From positions 68,014,001 to 68,078,000 of the forward strand of contig OZ024747.1 in assembly GCA_964016885.1 (NCBI GenBank): DNA of 64,000 nucleotides, written 5' to 3'. Positions 37,402 to 51,843 of this stretch are shown in pieces. A program made the position numbers and the translations under genes. This stretch comes from Eledone cirrhosa (taxonomy: Eukaryota). Under the pieces are notes generated by a model, which was not told where the DNA came from, did no database searches, and saw only the letters and a list, made by a program, of their open reading frames with translations. Position 1 is the stretch's first letter. The number at the start of each line of letters is the position of its first letter.

Positions 37402-38770
37402 TGGTGGAATGTACAGTTAAATTCCACCACAGAATGAAGTACATGTCCAGACAGCCTACAAGACCTCTAAGCTATTTTCAAGCATTTTTACTAGCAAACC
37501 ATCAAACAAACCATAACTCGGATCACCCTTATCTATTCCAAACCAATGAGATAGGCTCAACATAGTCAATTGTGGACACAGCATGGCCAAATAGCTAAGA
37601 AGTTTAATTTGCAATCATAAGCTCGGAGGTTTGAGCCCACTATGTGACATCTTAATCAAATGTCGTTCATCACAGACAGCCTTAGGTTGGTCCAAGCTTT
37701 GTGAGTAAAATTTTGTAAGTAGAAAGTGGAATATCATTGGATGAACAATACCTGTAATTCAGAAGGCCAGTCTTATCACATATTGGGTCACATTCAATGA
37801 AGTTAAAGGTACGTTACTATGGAATACACAATCACTTACATATTAATTCATCAAACGAACATCTTAACCACTCAGTCTGTCATGTTTGTGTTCTATTAAA
37901 TAACACTAGGTCTTTAAGACACAACTGCTGAACAATTTCATGACCATGTGTATGTATGCACACAATCAAAATGTATGTATGCACATAATCATGATGCACA
38001 CACACACACACACATGTTGAGCAGACATTTGCCAGATGTTATCTTAATGAAGCTTTATTAAAATGCCATCTGTCAAATAGTTGGTTGGTGTGAAACTGAG
38101 GGGAGTTACACAGTCCTTCAGATTTAATACAGAAATAAGTAAATATACCATGAGTACTTTATTCTTTGTTCATGATACTATATTACACACACACAGACAC
38201 ATTCTCACACGTACAAAGTCACTCTGAACTAACGTTTCAGGAAGCTATGGTTTCAAAAGAATGAATAAATGTGTGTGCATATGTATATAAAGATTTTTTT
38301 TCTGATATATTTATTCATGCAAAATATAAGGGAAAAAAAGTGACAAAAATGGCAACAGGAATTGAACCATGTATCTGTTGTATATTAGATAACAACAGAG
38401 ACCTGTCAATGTTTCCATCCTATCTCATATGTATATAATAGTGTATGTATGTACATACGTATGTATGAATGTATGTGAAGGCAGTCAATGATGTTGGGTT
38501 CTTCTTTTTTGGATAACTGTCACCATTGTTCAGAGTGGGATTGGTCTAGTGAAAGGCCTTTTACTTAAAAAAACCTTCAAGCACAGACATCTCTTGATCT
38601 AAATGACTTTCACATGTGTTGCATGAGCATAACCATTTCATTTTCTTTCACTGCAGCATATGCAGAAAGGAATCTAACTCCTTAGCAGTGCTAAAAGGTC
38701 ATGTTTGTGCCGCCCATGCATGAGAAAAAGGTCAAGGGATGGCAATTCTTGAAACCAAGATCCTGCCATT

Positions 38771-39035
38771 ATCATCATCATCATCGATTAACGTCTATCT
38801 TCCATGCTAGCAAGAGTTAGACAGGTCCCATTTAGAGGCAAGTTGGGTCAGGTAGCCATGTCTCGCTCATATAGGGGTGTTTCTGGCTAGTTTTCTACGG
38901 CTGGATGCCCTTCCTAATGCCAACCACATTTACAGTGTGGGCTGGGTGCTTTTTACACGTCCTGTGTGGGCTGGGTGGTGGGGTAGGGTATACTGTACAT
39001 ATGCTTCAGCTTATGCTCGTGGGCAGTCGGGTCTT
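38771..39035 (-). mobile_element. RTE 3'-end fragment
   Basis: (ATC)n tail plus the GGATGCCCTTCCTAATGCCAACCACATTTACAGTGTGGG motif. Similar fragments at about 18062, 18754, 50195, 31450 and 62700. Confidence 0.7.
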
Positions 39036-40062
39036 TTGTATTATGTATGTATATATGTATGTATGCATGTATGTTTGTGTGCATGTATGCATACATGTCT
39101 GTATGTGTGTGCATGTATGTATGTAAAGGCTGGTTACATGAACAAAATTAAAGATTTCAATATATACTTAGAGCCCAGTTATACATTTCTTTATATTTAT
39201 AGATGATACAGTGTAAGTCAGAGATTCAGACCCAATTAATTCATTCATTAATTAATTAATTCACAAGACTATCATCAGACAGTTTACATTGATCAACTAT
39301 ACTGGAATGTGTTAACAATAAATAAATAAATAATTATGCTGGGATGAAATAAAAAAAAAAGCCAGCTAAAACCTTAGCAGGTTTAGCTAGCCTTCTATGA
39401 GGTATCTCATTGGCGGTTTCTCAGATGTTTTGATAAAGGTCCCAACCCTATCATGCAAAACAACATGAAATAAAGCAACATGCTCAAGAACACAATGCAC
39501 TGCCTGGCCTAGGAATCGAGCCCATAAACTTATGATTGTAAATCCAACACCCTAGCCACTAGGCCATGTATCTTCACATCCTAGAATGGAAGTAATATAA
39601 AGAGACTAATTCATAACATGTAAATATATTCTGTTTACCTTTATTGTTTGTAGAGCTATAAAAAATATATGGATAATAATTGTTTCTACTTTTGGCACAA
39701 GGCCAGCAATTACCCAGTGCATTACTGGTACTTTATTTTATCGACCCCGTAAGGATGAAAGGCAAAGTCAACCTCGGCGGGATTTGAACTCAGATCGTAA
39801 AGGGACGTAACTATGCTGGAAAGCATGGTGACCCTCTACCGATATATGGATAATAATATGAACTTAAAAGTTTAGCAGAGAGGGTATAAAAGAAACGGCA
39901 GGAGGGTGAAGAGGGGAATAACCAAAAAGAAAAAAAAGAAAAAGGGAGATAGGCAATACAGATTGAAAACAAAAAAGGAGGCAAGAGATAAGGAAAAAAA
40001 ATGGATAAGATTAAAAATAACAACAAACTTAGCCATTTTCCTTGCTAATTGTTTTGCAGATT

Positions 40063-40425
40063 TCATGACAAACTTCTCCATTGTGCTCTATCATTGTGTA
40101 TCCTTCCTTCACCAACCCCCTTGGATTTCATTGCCCTCTCCATCATTTCCAGCCATGTCTTTCTTGGTCTTCCCTTTTTTCTACTTCCTTCAACATTCAT
40201 TTCCATCACTCCTCTCAGCCAGTAACTTTCATCATTCCTAAACACATGTCTCAAACTTCTCATTCCATTTTTCTTCACAACATTTATCATAGGCTCTATT
40301 CCCACTATCATTGTCTGTCTTCCTCTCTCTCTCAGCAATACACCACTTATCCACCAGAACAGTTTCATTTTCATTCTTTCCAACTTTCTTTACTGCTCCA
40401 CGCTCATCACCCATGTCTCACTCTT
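40063..40425 (-). mobile_element. Old RTE-like LINE fragment
   Basis: Frame reads ERMKMKLFWWISG...RHVFR...GSRKKGRPRKTW, a degenerate RTE C-terminus. Confidence 0.75.
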
Positions 40426-40784
40426 GTAAAATTAAACATAATAAACAAGAAAATAAATTGAATGAGTTGAATAAAAACAAGTAGAAGTAAAATAACTCCC
40501 ATGTCAACCAACAAAGTATATGCATGCAGAATCATGCATACATATACATGTTTATATACACATGCAACATATACATATACTTAATATATCCAAAATTTAT
40601 GAAGGGTTCAACATAGAAGAGGTGGAAACACTTGGATACATTTAAAGGCAATGTGAAGAGTGAGAGAAAGTGTGGAGCTGTAGTGGTAATAAATTCATGT
40701 TTTGCAGTAGATGCTTATCAAAGTGACAACATTTTATAAAAGTTTCAGACTTAAATAGATGGTAGAATTATAAAGGGTTTTAAG

Positions 40785-40965
40785 AATAGGGCATCTTCTT
40801 AGCTATACATAAACTATATTTTTTATTCCTCTCCTTATAGGATCTAGTTTTCTCAAGAATCTTCTGCTTGATATTGAAATCAGTCGTGTGTTCTTTCAAA
40901 TGCCAGAGGTAGTTGGAAAATATTGTAGCATTCTTCTTTTCTATAAGTCTGAACATGTGCAAATA
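40785..40965 (-). mobile_element. Degenerate Penelope-like GIY-YIG fragment
   Basis: KNATIFSNYLWHLKEHTTDFNIKQKILEKTRSY...YSLCIAKK resembles the T-x-LS-x-YIW-x-LK...I-x-W-x-I...C-x-LC-x-x-EK end of PLE endonucleases. Confidence 0.65.
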
Positions 40966-41584
40966 CCTGAATACACATATGTTACTACTAGATGGTCTAT
41001 TGATAGCTTCATACCTGATTGAAGGAGGGGCAACAACAACTGCAACAACCAAAGCAATATACCAGTAATACAGCAATAAAAACACATAAGCAATACAACA
41101 TTCACCAATATGAAGCACCAACTCCAGATATTATAAATTGAATTATGAGTCTGTTGTTAATGATGTATATCTGTATAACTGACAAAAATATAGGTTAATT
41201 AATCAATCTATATGGAACTAAAGATACCAAAACCAAGGAACTGAAGACTGTTGGATCAGAAGCAGTATTAAGTAAAGACAAAATAGTCTGTTAGATTAGG
41301 AGGTTCACTAACTGGTGTAGAAACTGTACAGATTCTTGTTGCCGTCTTTTATTAGAAGAGAATGGTTTGAAAAATAAAGGAGAACAGGGTAAAAAAAACA
41401 TTTGTAGAATAAAGTATACCTTACTTACCCTAGGATCTAATTTGTCAGTCTGTAAATCACAACAGAAAGCAATATTTAATTGTCATGCACAAGTGAGGGT
41501 TAGTAGCATACTATATGAATGATGGCAGGATTTAATGATGATCACAGCTAGCCAGCCAATACATGCAGGTTAATAGAGACATTC

Positions 41585-41721
<137 letters not shown>

Positions 41722-42887
41722 GCAGTGGAGTGGGAAGAAGAGAAGGATATCATAGATAGGGAAGGCGGAAGAGGAAGGAAAACCAACCTATCACTATTTA
41801 GAAAGATAGACCATTTGTGTGTGTGTGTGTTGCCATACATGTACATGTGAATACACACACATACAGCTATGTAGTTATACATATGCATACGTATGTGTAT
41901 ACATAAATATATGTACACATATAAACACACAAATTCAAAATATTCCACTCAAAGTTCATAGACTGCTACTATTGTTTCCTACTACCAGATTTGATGAAAG
42001 ATACCAGTATTATATTGGGTAGACCAAATCATTGAGCTGTTTTTTCTTTTATCCAAACAATATCTCTCCACAGACAGTGTACATACAAAAACATGAATGT
42101 ACTGAAACACAGAGAAATGGCTGAGTCCTTAACCCTTTTGGTGCTGCTGGCGACTGAATGCGCCAATAGAGTATTCTCCCCTTAATATATAATACAGTAT
42201 CAAGGGAAGTAATTCATGAAAACTTTTAGTCTCCAGAAGTTTAATTGCCAACATATAATTTATTAAAAGCAATACAGCCATCTACCCAAGATGTGGGATT
42301 TGAACTTAGAACACACAGAGCTGCAAAGTTGACTTCATTGGAATTCAGAACAAATACTGCAAGGCATTAAGTATTTAAGCTGATGCTCTAATGACTTTGC
42401 CAATTCGTGGCCTTGAGAAAGAAGGATGAAGAAACATTAACTCATTATTTTGTGGAAGACCAGCAGTCTCCTCTACTCACCACCAATATTGTCCAAGGGA
42501 AGGGTAAAAGCTGATATAGTTTGGCACCAGTATCATTGCAACTCATTTTTTCCAACTGTGTAAAATAAAGTGCCTTGCTCAGAGATATAACATGCCACTT
42601 GGTCCAGGAATCAAACTCATAATCTTATAATTGTGAGCCCAGCACCCTATCCACTAAGCCTTCCACCTGAGAGGTGACAATTGTTTTATTCATCAAACTA
42701 ACTTTTGTGAAGAAATGTATAGCTAGCACTTCTACATAGCACAGGGTTGGTGGGTAAATAGTGTAGATGAGAAAAATGTGAATTTTAAGAATTATAGAAT
42801 AAAATGGGGAAAGGAAAGGGAAGGAGCAAATCCTCAGATCAGGTCAAGGAAACAAGGTTTCCATTGATCTTTCAAATACTGAAATTA

Positions 42888-43250
42888 CTCTCAGGTCTCG
42901 AATAATGCTCCCCCCTCTCCACTTATTAATTTTCCAGATTTTTTCCACCCGCTCTTATTCCAAGGCCCCTCCCCACTTATTAAATCTTGCTAATCTATCT
43001 CCAGTGAAATTTTATTTTAAGTGGTAGCATTCCTGCGAAAATTTATTTTCTTTATACATTAAAGACAGTATACGTTATAAAATAAATAGGATAGGTTGGG
43101 GTCTCAATATGTAAACTAAACGATTAATTCTAGTTTTTTAAAAAATCAATGGAGACAACCTAAAAAAAATTACCAATTTTCCAACCCCTCGCTTATTCCA
43201 CCCCACCCCCTTACTTATTCCCTCCCATCCTATTATTTGGGACCTGAGTG
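42888..43250. mobile_element. TA-flanked MITE (Tc1/mariner-superfamily-like)
   Basis: TA|CTCTCAGGTCTCGAATAAT ... ATTATTTGGGACCTGAGTG|TA, with internal CCCC..CTTATT subrepeats. Confidence 0.6.
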
Positions 43251-43664
43251 TATCTCCCTGTCGCAACTTCTGACACAAGAAAGAAAAATCTGAACTGAGA
43301 AAGCGAAGATGAAGATTGGATACCACAAATCATCCTGTCCTACTCCTAACAATTTTTTCAATCCAGCAACCCCTGGACTGGTATCAACCCTGCAAGGGTG
43401 AAAGGCAACGTTATTTCAGCAGGATCTGAACTAAAAAACCACATTAGATACCACAAAGCACCCAATTCAACTCTTTAACAATTCCGCTATTCCACTGTCC
43501 CTGAACTAGTATTTTCTTTATTGGTCTACTCTTCTGACTGTCCATGAATTTCTAAATATGGAAAAGGAAGGGAAAAGCAAGGGCTCTAGAGCCACAGAAA
43601 TCTCCGAGAGAGTGATGGGCTCTAGGACTAGGGCATAGTGGTGTGTCCCACAGACAAGACCACA

Positions 43665-43858
43665 AAAGCATAGCATTCCTGCAGACAATAGCCAGCGATA
43701 CCCACTGCAACAGCCACCCCACTTCTTAGTTCCCTTTCCTCAAACGGGCTACTGATGCTCCAATTTTGCGGAGGTGCCCAGCAGTACAGGGTCCGAGTAT
43801 GCCTGAGCTATCGACAGTGACCGGTGTGAAGTGGAAGCAGCCAGACAATCCCTGATTG
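43665..43858 (-). mobile_element. Degenerate CRE-like non-LTR retrotransposon 3' fragment
   Basis: FHFTPVTVDSSGILGP..HLRKIG followed after a frameshift by WLLQWVSLAIVCRNA, resembling the F-x-P-x-x-x-E-T-x-G...QRLS-x-A-I-x-R-G-N-A end of CRE REL endonucleases. Confidence 0.5.
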
Positions 43859-44229
43859 GGCCCAATAAGGTGAAAGGCAAAGTTGACCATTGCAGGATTT
43901 GAACAGAGGTGGATTAGATACAATAAAACATCTTGACCAACTCTAACAACTCTGCCAATCCACCACTCTTAGACTGGTTCTTATGACCCCGTCCCCCACA
44001 CTAAAGGATGAAAGACAAAGCTGACCGGAGATAAGTGAAGGAGTGAAAGGGGGCGTGATATAAATAAATTGAAAAGAATAGAAATCAAACAAAAAAAATC
44101 AAGACAAACATAACATAAAATACAACATAAAATGTGTAAAATTTTAATGTCAACACTGCCACCACCACCAAAACATGTCTCTCCAATGATGGTTACTACC
44201 ATCATCATTACATCAACCACTGGAGTCAC

Positions 44230-46385
44230 CACCATCACTATTGTCACCACCACCACCACCATCATCAACACTATTGCTACCACCACCACCATCATTAACA
44301 CTGGCTATCACCACCACCACCACCACCACCACCACCATCATTAACACTATTGCTATCACCACCACCACCACCACCACCACCACCATCATTAACACTATTG
44401 CTATCACCACCACCACCACCACCATTAACACTATTGCTACCACCACCACCACCACCATTAACACTATTGCTACCACCACCACCACCATTAACACTACTGC
44501 TACCACCACCACCAACACCACCACCATTAACACTATTGCTACCACCACCACCACCACCATTAACACTATTGCTACCACCACCACCACCATTAACACTACT
44601 GCTACCACCACCACCAACACCACCACCATTAACACTATTGCTACCACCACCACCACCACCACCATTAACACTATTGCTACCACCACCACCACCACCATTA
44701 ACACTACTGCTACCACCACCACCAACACCACCACCATTAACACTATTGCTACCACCACCAACACCACCACCATTAACACTATTGCTACCACCACCACCAC
44801 CACCATTAACACTACTGCTACCACCACCACCAACACCACCACCATCATTAACACTACTGCTACCACCACCACCAACACCACCACCATCATTAACACTATT
44901 GCTACCACCACCACCACCACCACCACCATTAACACTACTGCTACCACCACCACCAACACCACCACCATTAACACTATGGCTACCACCACCACCACCATTA
45001 ACACTATTGCTACCACCACCACCACCACCATTAACACTATGGCTACCACCACCACCACCACCACCACCATTAACACTATTGCTACCACCACCACCACCAC
45101 CATTAACACTATTGCTACCACCACCACCACCATTAACACTATTGCTATCACCACCACCACCACCACCATTAACACTACTGCTACCACCACCACCAACACC
45201 ACCACCATCATTAACACTACTGCTACCACCACCACCACCACCACCACCATTAACACTACTGCTACCACCACCACCAACACCACCACCATTAACACTATGG
45301 CTACCACCACCACCACCATTAACACTATTGCTACCACCACCACCACCACCATTAACACTATTGCTACCACCAACACCACCACCATTAACACTATTGCTAT
45401 CACCACCACCACCACCATTAACACTATTGCTACCACCACCACTACCACCACCACCATTAACACTATTGCTACCACCACCACCACCACCATTAACACTATT
45501 GCTACCACCACCACCACCACCACCACCACCATTAACACTATTGCTACCACCACCACCACCACCATTAACACTATTGCTACCACCACCACCACCATTAACA
45601 CTATTGCTACCACCACCACCACCACCATTAACACTATTGCTACCACCACCACCACCACCACCACCATTAACACTATTGCTACCACCACCACCACCACCAT
45701 TAACACTATTGCTACCACCACCACCACCACCATTAACACTATTGCTACCACCACCACCACCACCATTAACACTATTGCTACCACCACCACCACCACCACC
45801 ACCATTAACACTATTGCTACCACCACCACCACTACCATCATCAACACTATTGCTACCACCACCACCACCACCACCATTAACACTATTGCTATTACCATCA
45901 CCACCACTACCACCACCATGATTAACACTATGCCTACCACCACCACCATCATCAACACTAGTGCTATTACCATTACCACCACCACCACCACAATCATTAA
46001 CACTATTGCTATCACCACCACCACCACCATTAACACTATTGCTACCACCACCACTACCACCACCACCATTAACACTATTGCTACCACCACCACCACCACC
46101 ATTAACACTATTGCTACTACCACCACCACCACCACCATTAACACTATTGCTACCACCACCACCACCATTAACACTATTGCTACCACCACCACCACCACCA
46201 TTAACACTATTGCTACCACCACCACCACCACCACCATTAACACTATTGCTATTACCATCACCACCACTACCACCACCATGATTAACACTATGCCTACCAC
46301 CACCACCATCATCAACACTAGTGCTATTACCATTACCACTACTACCACCACAATCATTAACACTATTGCTACCACCACCACCACT
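44230..46385. repeat. Minisatellite ATTAACACTA(T/C)TGCT-(ACC)n
   Basis: About 60 units, each a 15-nt anchor plus 5-9 ACC triplets. 45841-46000 is repeated at a 360-bp offset (46201-46360). Confidence 0.95.
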
Positions 46386-46478
46386 GCTATATCTATCACC
46401 TCCACCAACATCATTCCTGTTATCACTGTATAAGCAATAACAGTATTATAAGATTTACTGTGTAAGAATTATAGGAGT

Positions 46479-48295
46479 TACTGTATAAGGAATAGGAGAA
46501 TTATAGGAGTTACTGTATAAGGAATAAGTGTATAAAACAGTCTACTGTATAAGGAATAGGAGAATTATAGGAGTTACTGTATAAGGAATAAGTGTATAAA
46601 ACAGTCTACTGTATAAGGAATAGGGGAATTATAGGAGTTACTGTATAAGGAATAAGTGTATAAAACAGTCTACTGTATAAGGAATAGGGGAATTATAGGA
46701 GTTACTGTATAAGGAATAAGTGTATAAAACAGTCTACTGTATAAGGAATAGGGGAATTATAGGAGTTACTGTATAAGGAATAAGTGTATAAAACAGTCTA
46801 CTGTATAAGGAATAGGGGAATTATAGGAGTTACTGTATAAGGAATAAGTATATAAAACAGTCTACTGTATAAGGAATAGGAGAATTATAGGAGTTACTGT
46901 ATAAGGAATAAGTATATAAAACAGTCTACTGTATAAGGAATAGGAGAATTATAGGAGTTACTGTATAAGGAATAAGTGTATAAAACAGTCTACTGTATAA
47001 GGAATAGGGGAATTATAGGAGTTACTGTATAAGGAATAAGTGTATAAAACAGTCTACTGTATAAGGAATAGGAGAATTATAGGAGTTACTGTATAAGGAA
47101 TAAGTGTATAAAACAGTCTACTGTATAAGGAATAGGGGAATTATAGGAGTTACTGTATAAGGAATAAGTGTATAAAACAGTCTACTGTATAAGGAATAGG
47201 GGAATTATAGGAGTTACTGTATAAGGAATAAGTATATAAAACAGTCTACTGTATAAGGAATAGGAGAATTATAGGAGTTACTGTATAAGGAATAAGTATA
47301 TAAAACAGTCTACTCTATAAGGAATAGGGGAATTATAGGAGTTACTGTATAAGGAATAAGTGTATAAAACAGTCTACTCTATAAGGAATAGGAGAATTAT
47401 AGGAGTTACTGTATAAGGAATAAGTGTATAAAACAGTCTATTCTATAAGGAATAGGAGAATTATAGGAGTTACTGTATAAGGAATAAGTGTATAAAACAG
47501 TCTACTGTATAAGGAATAGGAGAATTATAGGAGTTACTGTATAAGGAGGAATAAGTATATAAAACAGTCTACTCTATAAGGAATAGGAGAATTATAGGAG
47601 TTACTGTATAAGGAATGTGTATAAAACAGTCTACTGTATAAGGAATAGGGGAATTATAGGAGCTACTGTATAAGGAATAAGTATATAAAACAGTCTACTG
47701 TATAAGGAATAGGAGAATTATAGGAGTTACTGTATAAGGAATAAGTGTATAAAACAGTCTACTGTATAAGGAATAGGAGAATTATAGGAGTTACTGTATA
47801 AGGAATAAGTATATAAAACAGTCTACTGTATAAGGAATAGGAGAATTATAGGAGTTACTGTATAAGGAATAAGTGTATAAAACAGTCTACTGTATAAGGA
47901 ATAGGAGAATTATAGGAGTTACTCTATAAGGAGGAATAAGTATATAAAACAGTCTACTGTATAAGGAATAGAGGAATTATAGGAGTTACTGTATAAGGAA
48001 TAAGTGTATAAAACAGTCTACTGTATAAGGAATAGGAAAATTATAGGAGTTACTGTATAAGGAATAAGTATATAAAACAGTCTACTGTATAAGGAATAGG
48101 AGAATTATAGGAGTTACTGTATAAGGAGGAATAAGTATATAAAACAGTCTACTGTATAAGGAATAGGAGAATTATAGGAGTTACTGTATAAGGAATAGGG
48201 GAATTATAGGAGTTACTGTATAAGGAGGAATAAGTATATAAAACAGTCTACTGTATAAGGAATAGGAGAATTATAGGAGTTACTGCATAAGGAAT
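46479..48295. repeat. 64-bp minisatellite made of two alternating 32-bp monomers
   Basis: TACTGTATAAGGAATAGGAGAATTATAGGAGT alternates with TACTGTATAAGGAATAAGTGTATAAAACAGTC, about 28 dimers. Confidence 0.97.
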
Positions 48296-48299
48296 GGTG

Positions 48300-48745
48300 G
48301 CGTTATACAATCTATGGTAGAAGAAATAGGGGTATTATTGAATATATTGAATAAGAAATGTATTATAGGTCTTACTGTATATGAACTCTTTATAAGAAAT
48401 AGGGATATTATAAGATCTATTGTAAAAGAAACAAGACTATTTAAGATCTGTTAAGAAATTGAGGCATAGGATCTACTATATAATATATAAGGGTATTATA
48501 GAATATACTATATAAGAAATACGGGCATTATAGAATATACTATATAATAAATAAGGGTATTATAGAATATACTATATAAGAAATACGGGCATTATAGAAT
48601 ATACTATATAATAAATAAGGGTATTATAGAATATACTATATAAGAAATACGGGCATTATAGAATATACTATATAATAAATAAGGGTATTATAGAATATAC
48701 TTTATGAGAAATAAGGGTATTATAAGATAGACTATATAGGAAATG
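48300..48745. repeat. Related 32-bp monomer array with its own 64-bp dimer
   Basis: TACTATATAAGAAATACGGGCATTATAGAATA alternates with TACTATATAATAAATAAGGGTATTATAGAATA. Degenerate monomers lie at 48300-48470. Confidence 0.9.
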
Positions 48746-48929
48746 CTGTATAGGAAATAAGAGTAAAGAGTATTATTTCAAAAACAAAAAAAAATAGTTT
48801 CACAAATTATGTTACTTTCTTTGAAGGAAGCAAAGCAAGTGTTAGTAATGCAAACTACTAAATGAGACCATGCTAAACCCGAAAAAGCAGCATGCTAAGA
48901 AACAAGGTGTGTATTGAGATGATGCTAAC

Positions 48930-49214
48930 CCTTTTAACTGAGGAATCTCCGAGATTGTTTCTTGTAGGCTGATTGAACAGAGCTCGCAGTCTATTCACCG
49001 ATGGAAGTTCGACACAAGCTTCGGAGTCAAACTCGTATCGGCTGGCAGGAATGTCGTTCTCTTCACTCTCTCCAACCAGTCTTTGCTGTCGCGTCTTAAG
49101 ACAGACCCTGTTGTCAATAGCTGATTTGTTAACCACAGATGTCTGTGGTGATGAAGCAGATTGTAGTTCGGGTGAGTTCTGAAGCTTCTCCACAGATTTC
49201 TCAATGGAAACGAC
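48930..49214 (-). CDS. MYRIP: MyRIP/melanophilin-like Rab effector, internal exon (285 nt)
   Basis: ctcttaatAG|GTC...AAAAGG|GTTAG, phase 0 at both ends. Reads VVSIEKSVEKLQ...ELPSVNRLRALFNQ...SSVKR and continues the coiled coil of the previous exon. Confidence 0.75.
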
Positions 49215-49631
49215 CTATTAAGAGGGAGAAAAATAATCCGGGAACGACAACTTTCAGAGTAATTCTAAGCTTTCACTTCAACTAAAGATTTGTTGTTGTT
49301 TTCTTGTGTGTGTATGAATATATACATATATATTACTTAATATATGTAAATCTTAGGGTTTACATATATCAAATAATATCTACATTTTACAGTATGGAGT
49401 ATTAAGTTGAGGTCATACTAGTCTTTACTTAGTAACATCTTATCTATTTAAAGGTAACGAGTCAACAATAAGATCAGATAGCCTGATACTATCTGTCAGC
49501 CACAACTTCTGACAGAAGGATCAATGTGAAATATATTCTGCTCAAGAACACATATCACCCAGTTCGGGAATCAAAGTCATGGCTTTATGAATATGAGTTC
49601 AACACTAACCACTAGGCCATATGCCTCCATA

Positions 49632-49704
<73 letters not shown>

Positions 49705-51766
49705 TCATTTATGTTTTGTGGCTCACTAATGGATAGAACTGGTCATTCCATTTGGTTAATCATGATGTAATAGTAAGAAAAGCACTCTACGTGATGCAAC
49801 TCATCCATTGATGTTGAATCCCGGGGCTAGTGCAGGAATGGAGTTAAATATTAATTTGATTAAAATAACAGGAGGTTGGACTGGTGATACTCCTTTTAAG
49901 TTTTATTGTTGCAACAAAACACTATATATATTTCAATGGCCAGGATCTTATGTAACCAGGCCATTGAAATATATATAGTGTTTTTTTTTTTCAACAATAA
50001 AACTTTAAAGGGATATCACCAGCATCATTTAACACTTAAATACACATATATACATTGATTTTTTTTTTATTCTTCTGCTAGTTCCTATAAACATAAATTG
50101 CTCTTTTTTTACTGTTTGTTTTTAATAAATGTGTAACAAAAAATAATAATGATAAAAAGGAGATGGGGGAACTCTTATAAACCCTATTATTACCATCATC
50201 ATCATCATCATTTGTACATCTGCTTTTAGTGCTGGCATTGGTTAGACTAGACAAGCTGAAGAATCTTATCTCGCTCATGTATTCCATTTTTAACATGGTT
50301 CCTTAAGCTTGATACCCTTTCTAATGCCAACCACTTTGCAGAATGTACTCAATGCATTTATGATGGCACCAGCACTACCACTACATAATAATAATAATTG
50401 TTTCTACTTTTGGCACAAGGCCAGCAATTACCCAGTACATTACTGGTATTTTATTTTATCGACCCCGTAAGGATGAAAGGCAAAGTTAACCTCGGCGGGA
50501 TTTGAACTCAGATCGTAAAGGGACGTAACTATACTACATAATAATAATAATGGTTTCTAATTTAAGTACAAGGCATGCAATTTGACGAGAGGGGGAAGTC
50601 GGCTCCATGAATATAGTTAGGGTGGACCCTAACAAAGTGTAGTTAAATCAGTTTATTGTTTTGACTATAGACAAGTTGTTTGTTTTTCCCAATGAAGAAG
50701 TTAGGTATGTTCTATGAATATAGTTAGGATTAACCAATACCAAAATGAGGTTTAATGTATGCACACTTAGCTGGCCTCCCACAAGGTCGTATCTTGGATG
50801 TTTTAATGATAGGAAGCTCAGTCTTATCATGAAAAGCAACATGAAATGAAGCAGCTTGTTTAAGAACATATGCTGCCCAGATCAAGAAATGAACCCACAA
50901 TCTTATGATCATGAGTTCTACACCCTAACCACTAAGCCACTCACCTCCATAGTTTAGCGTAAGATTCTATGATGTTAGACCAAGTTTAATCCATCCTCAC
51001 CAAGGAAGAGTCAATCAGGTGTGTAATAACAATTGAAGACGACGTTCAACTAGACTAAAGTTATTTCTAGTATAAACTACTACAACAACAACAACAACAA
51101 TAGCATCAAACACTTTTGCAAAGCTTCACCATAAACAATCGCAATTATATACCTAAAAACTAAGCAACATGCTATATTCGTAGCAACAGCAACAGCAGCA
51201 ATAACTGCAACAACAACAAACAACATTTAAAGAAAGCAAGAAAATTTGTATATAAAACATCTGTAGACAATATTTTACAACAATAAAGTCATATAATATT
51301 GGGACTACCAGTTCCGGGTAATAATTAAATTCTGGGATTACCAGTTGAGGGTAACATATTAAGGTCACTGAGAATTAAATATTTAAAATTTAATAATTTT
51401 AAAATGTTTTACTGAAACTGTGAGGTCAGCAAAAAGTATTGTTTAATTTCAGAAACACTATACTACACACACGGATGTGTGTGTGTGTGTGTGCGCGTGT
51501 GTGCATGTGCGTGTATGAGTATCAAACATTTTCCAAGAGATGGCAGAATGAGCAAACCTGCTTTTTCTCATAGAAATGTTTTTTGTTTTTGCCCCAGTTC
51601 ACTCTCCTCTAGCTTTCTATTTCTTTTTTAATTTCTTAATCTATATTCTGATGAAGGACAAGCATTGAAACATTAAGACTGTTCCTACTATATAAAGTGT
51701 GAAACTAATATATATCTTCATTGAATCTCATTGTCTGCTGTGTTTTTCCTTATACTTTTCACATGC

Positions 51767-51805
<39 letters not shown>

Positions 51806-51843
51806 TGCATGCATGCATGCATGTATGTATGTATGTATGTATG

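Noticed and set aside
44213-46433. 730/737/523-aa T-, V- and P-rich ORFs as genes
   Set aside because: They are a by-product of a triplet-phased minisatellite and show no complexity or splice support. The plus frames start at TTG.
46479-48295. CRISPR-like appearance (16-bp constant TACTGTATAAGGAATA with 16-bp intervening segments)
   Set aside because: The intervening segments are just two alternating sequences rather than unique spacers. There are no cas genes and the context is a eukaryotic intron.
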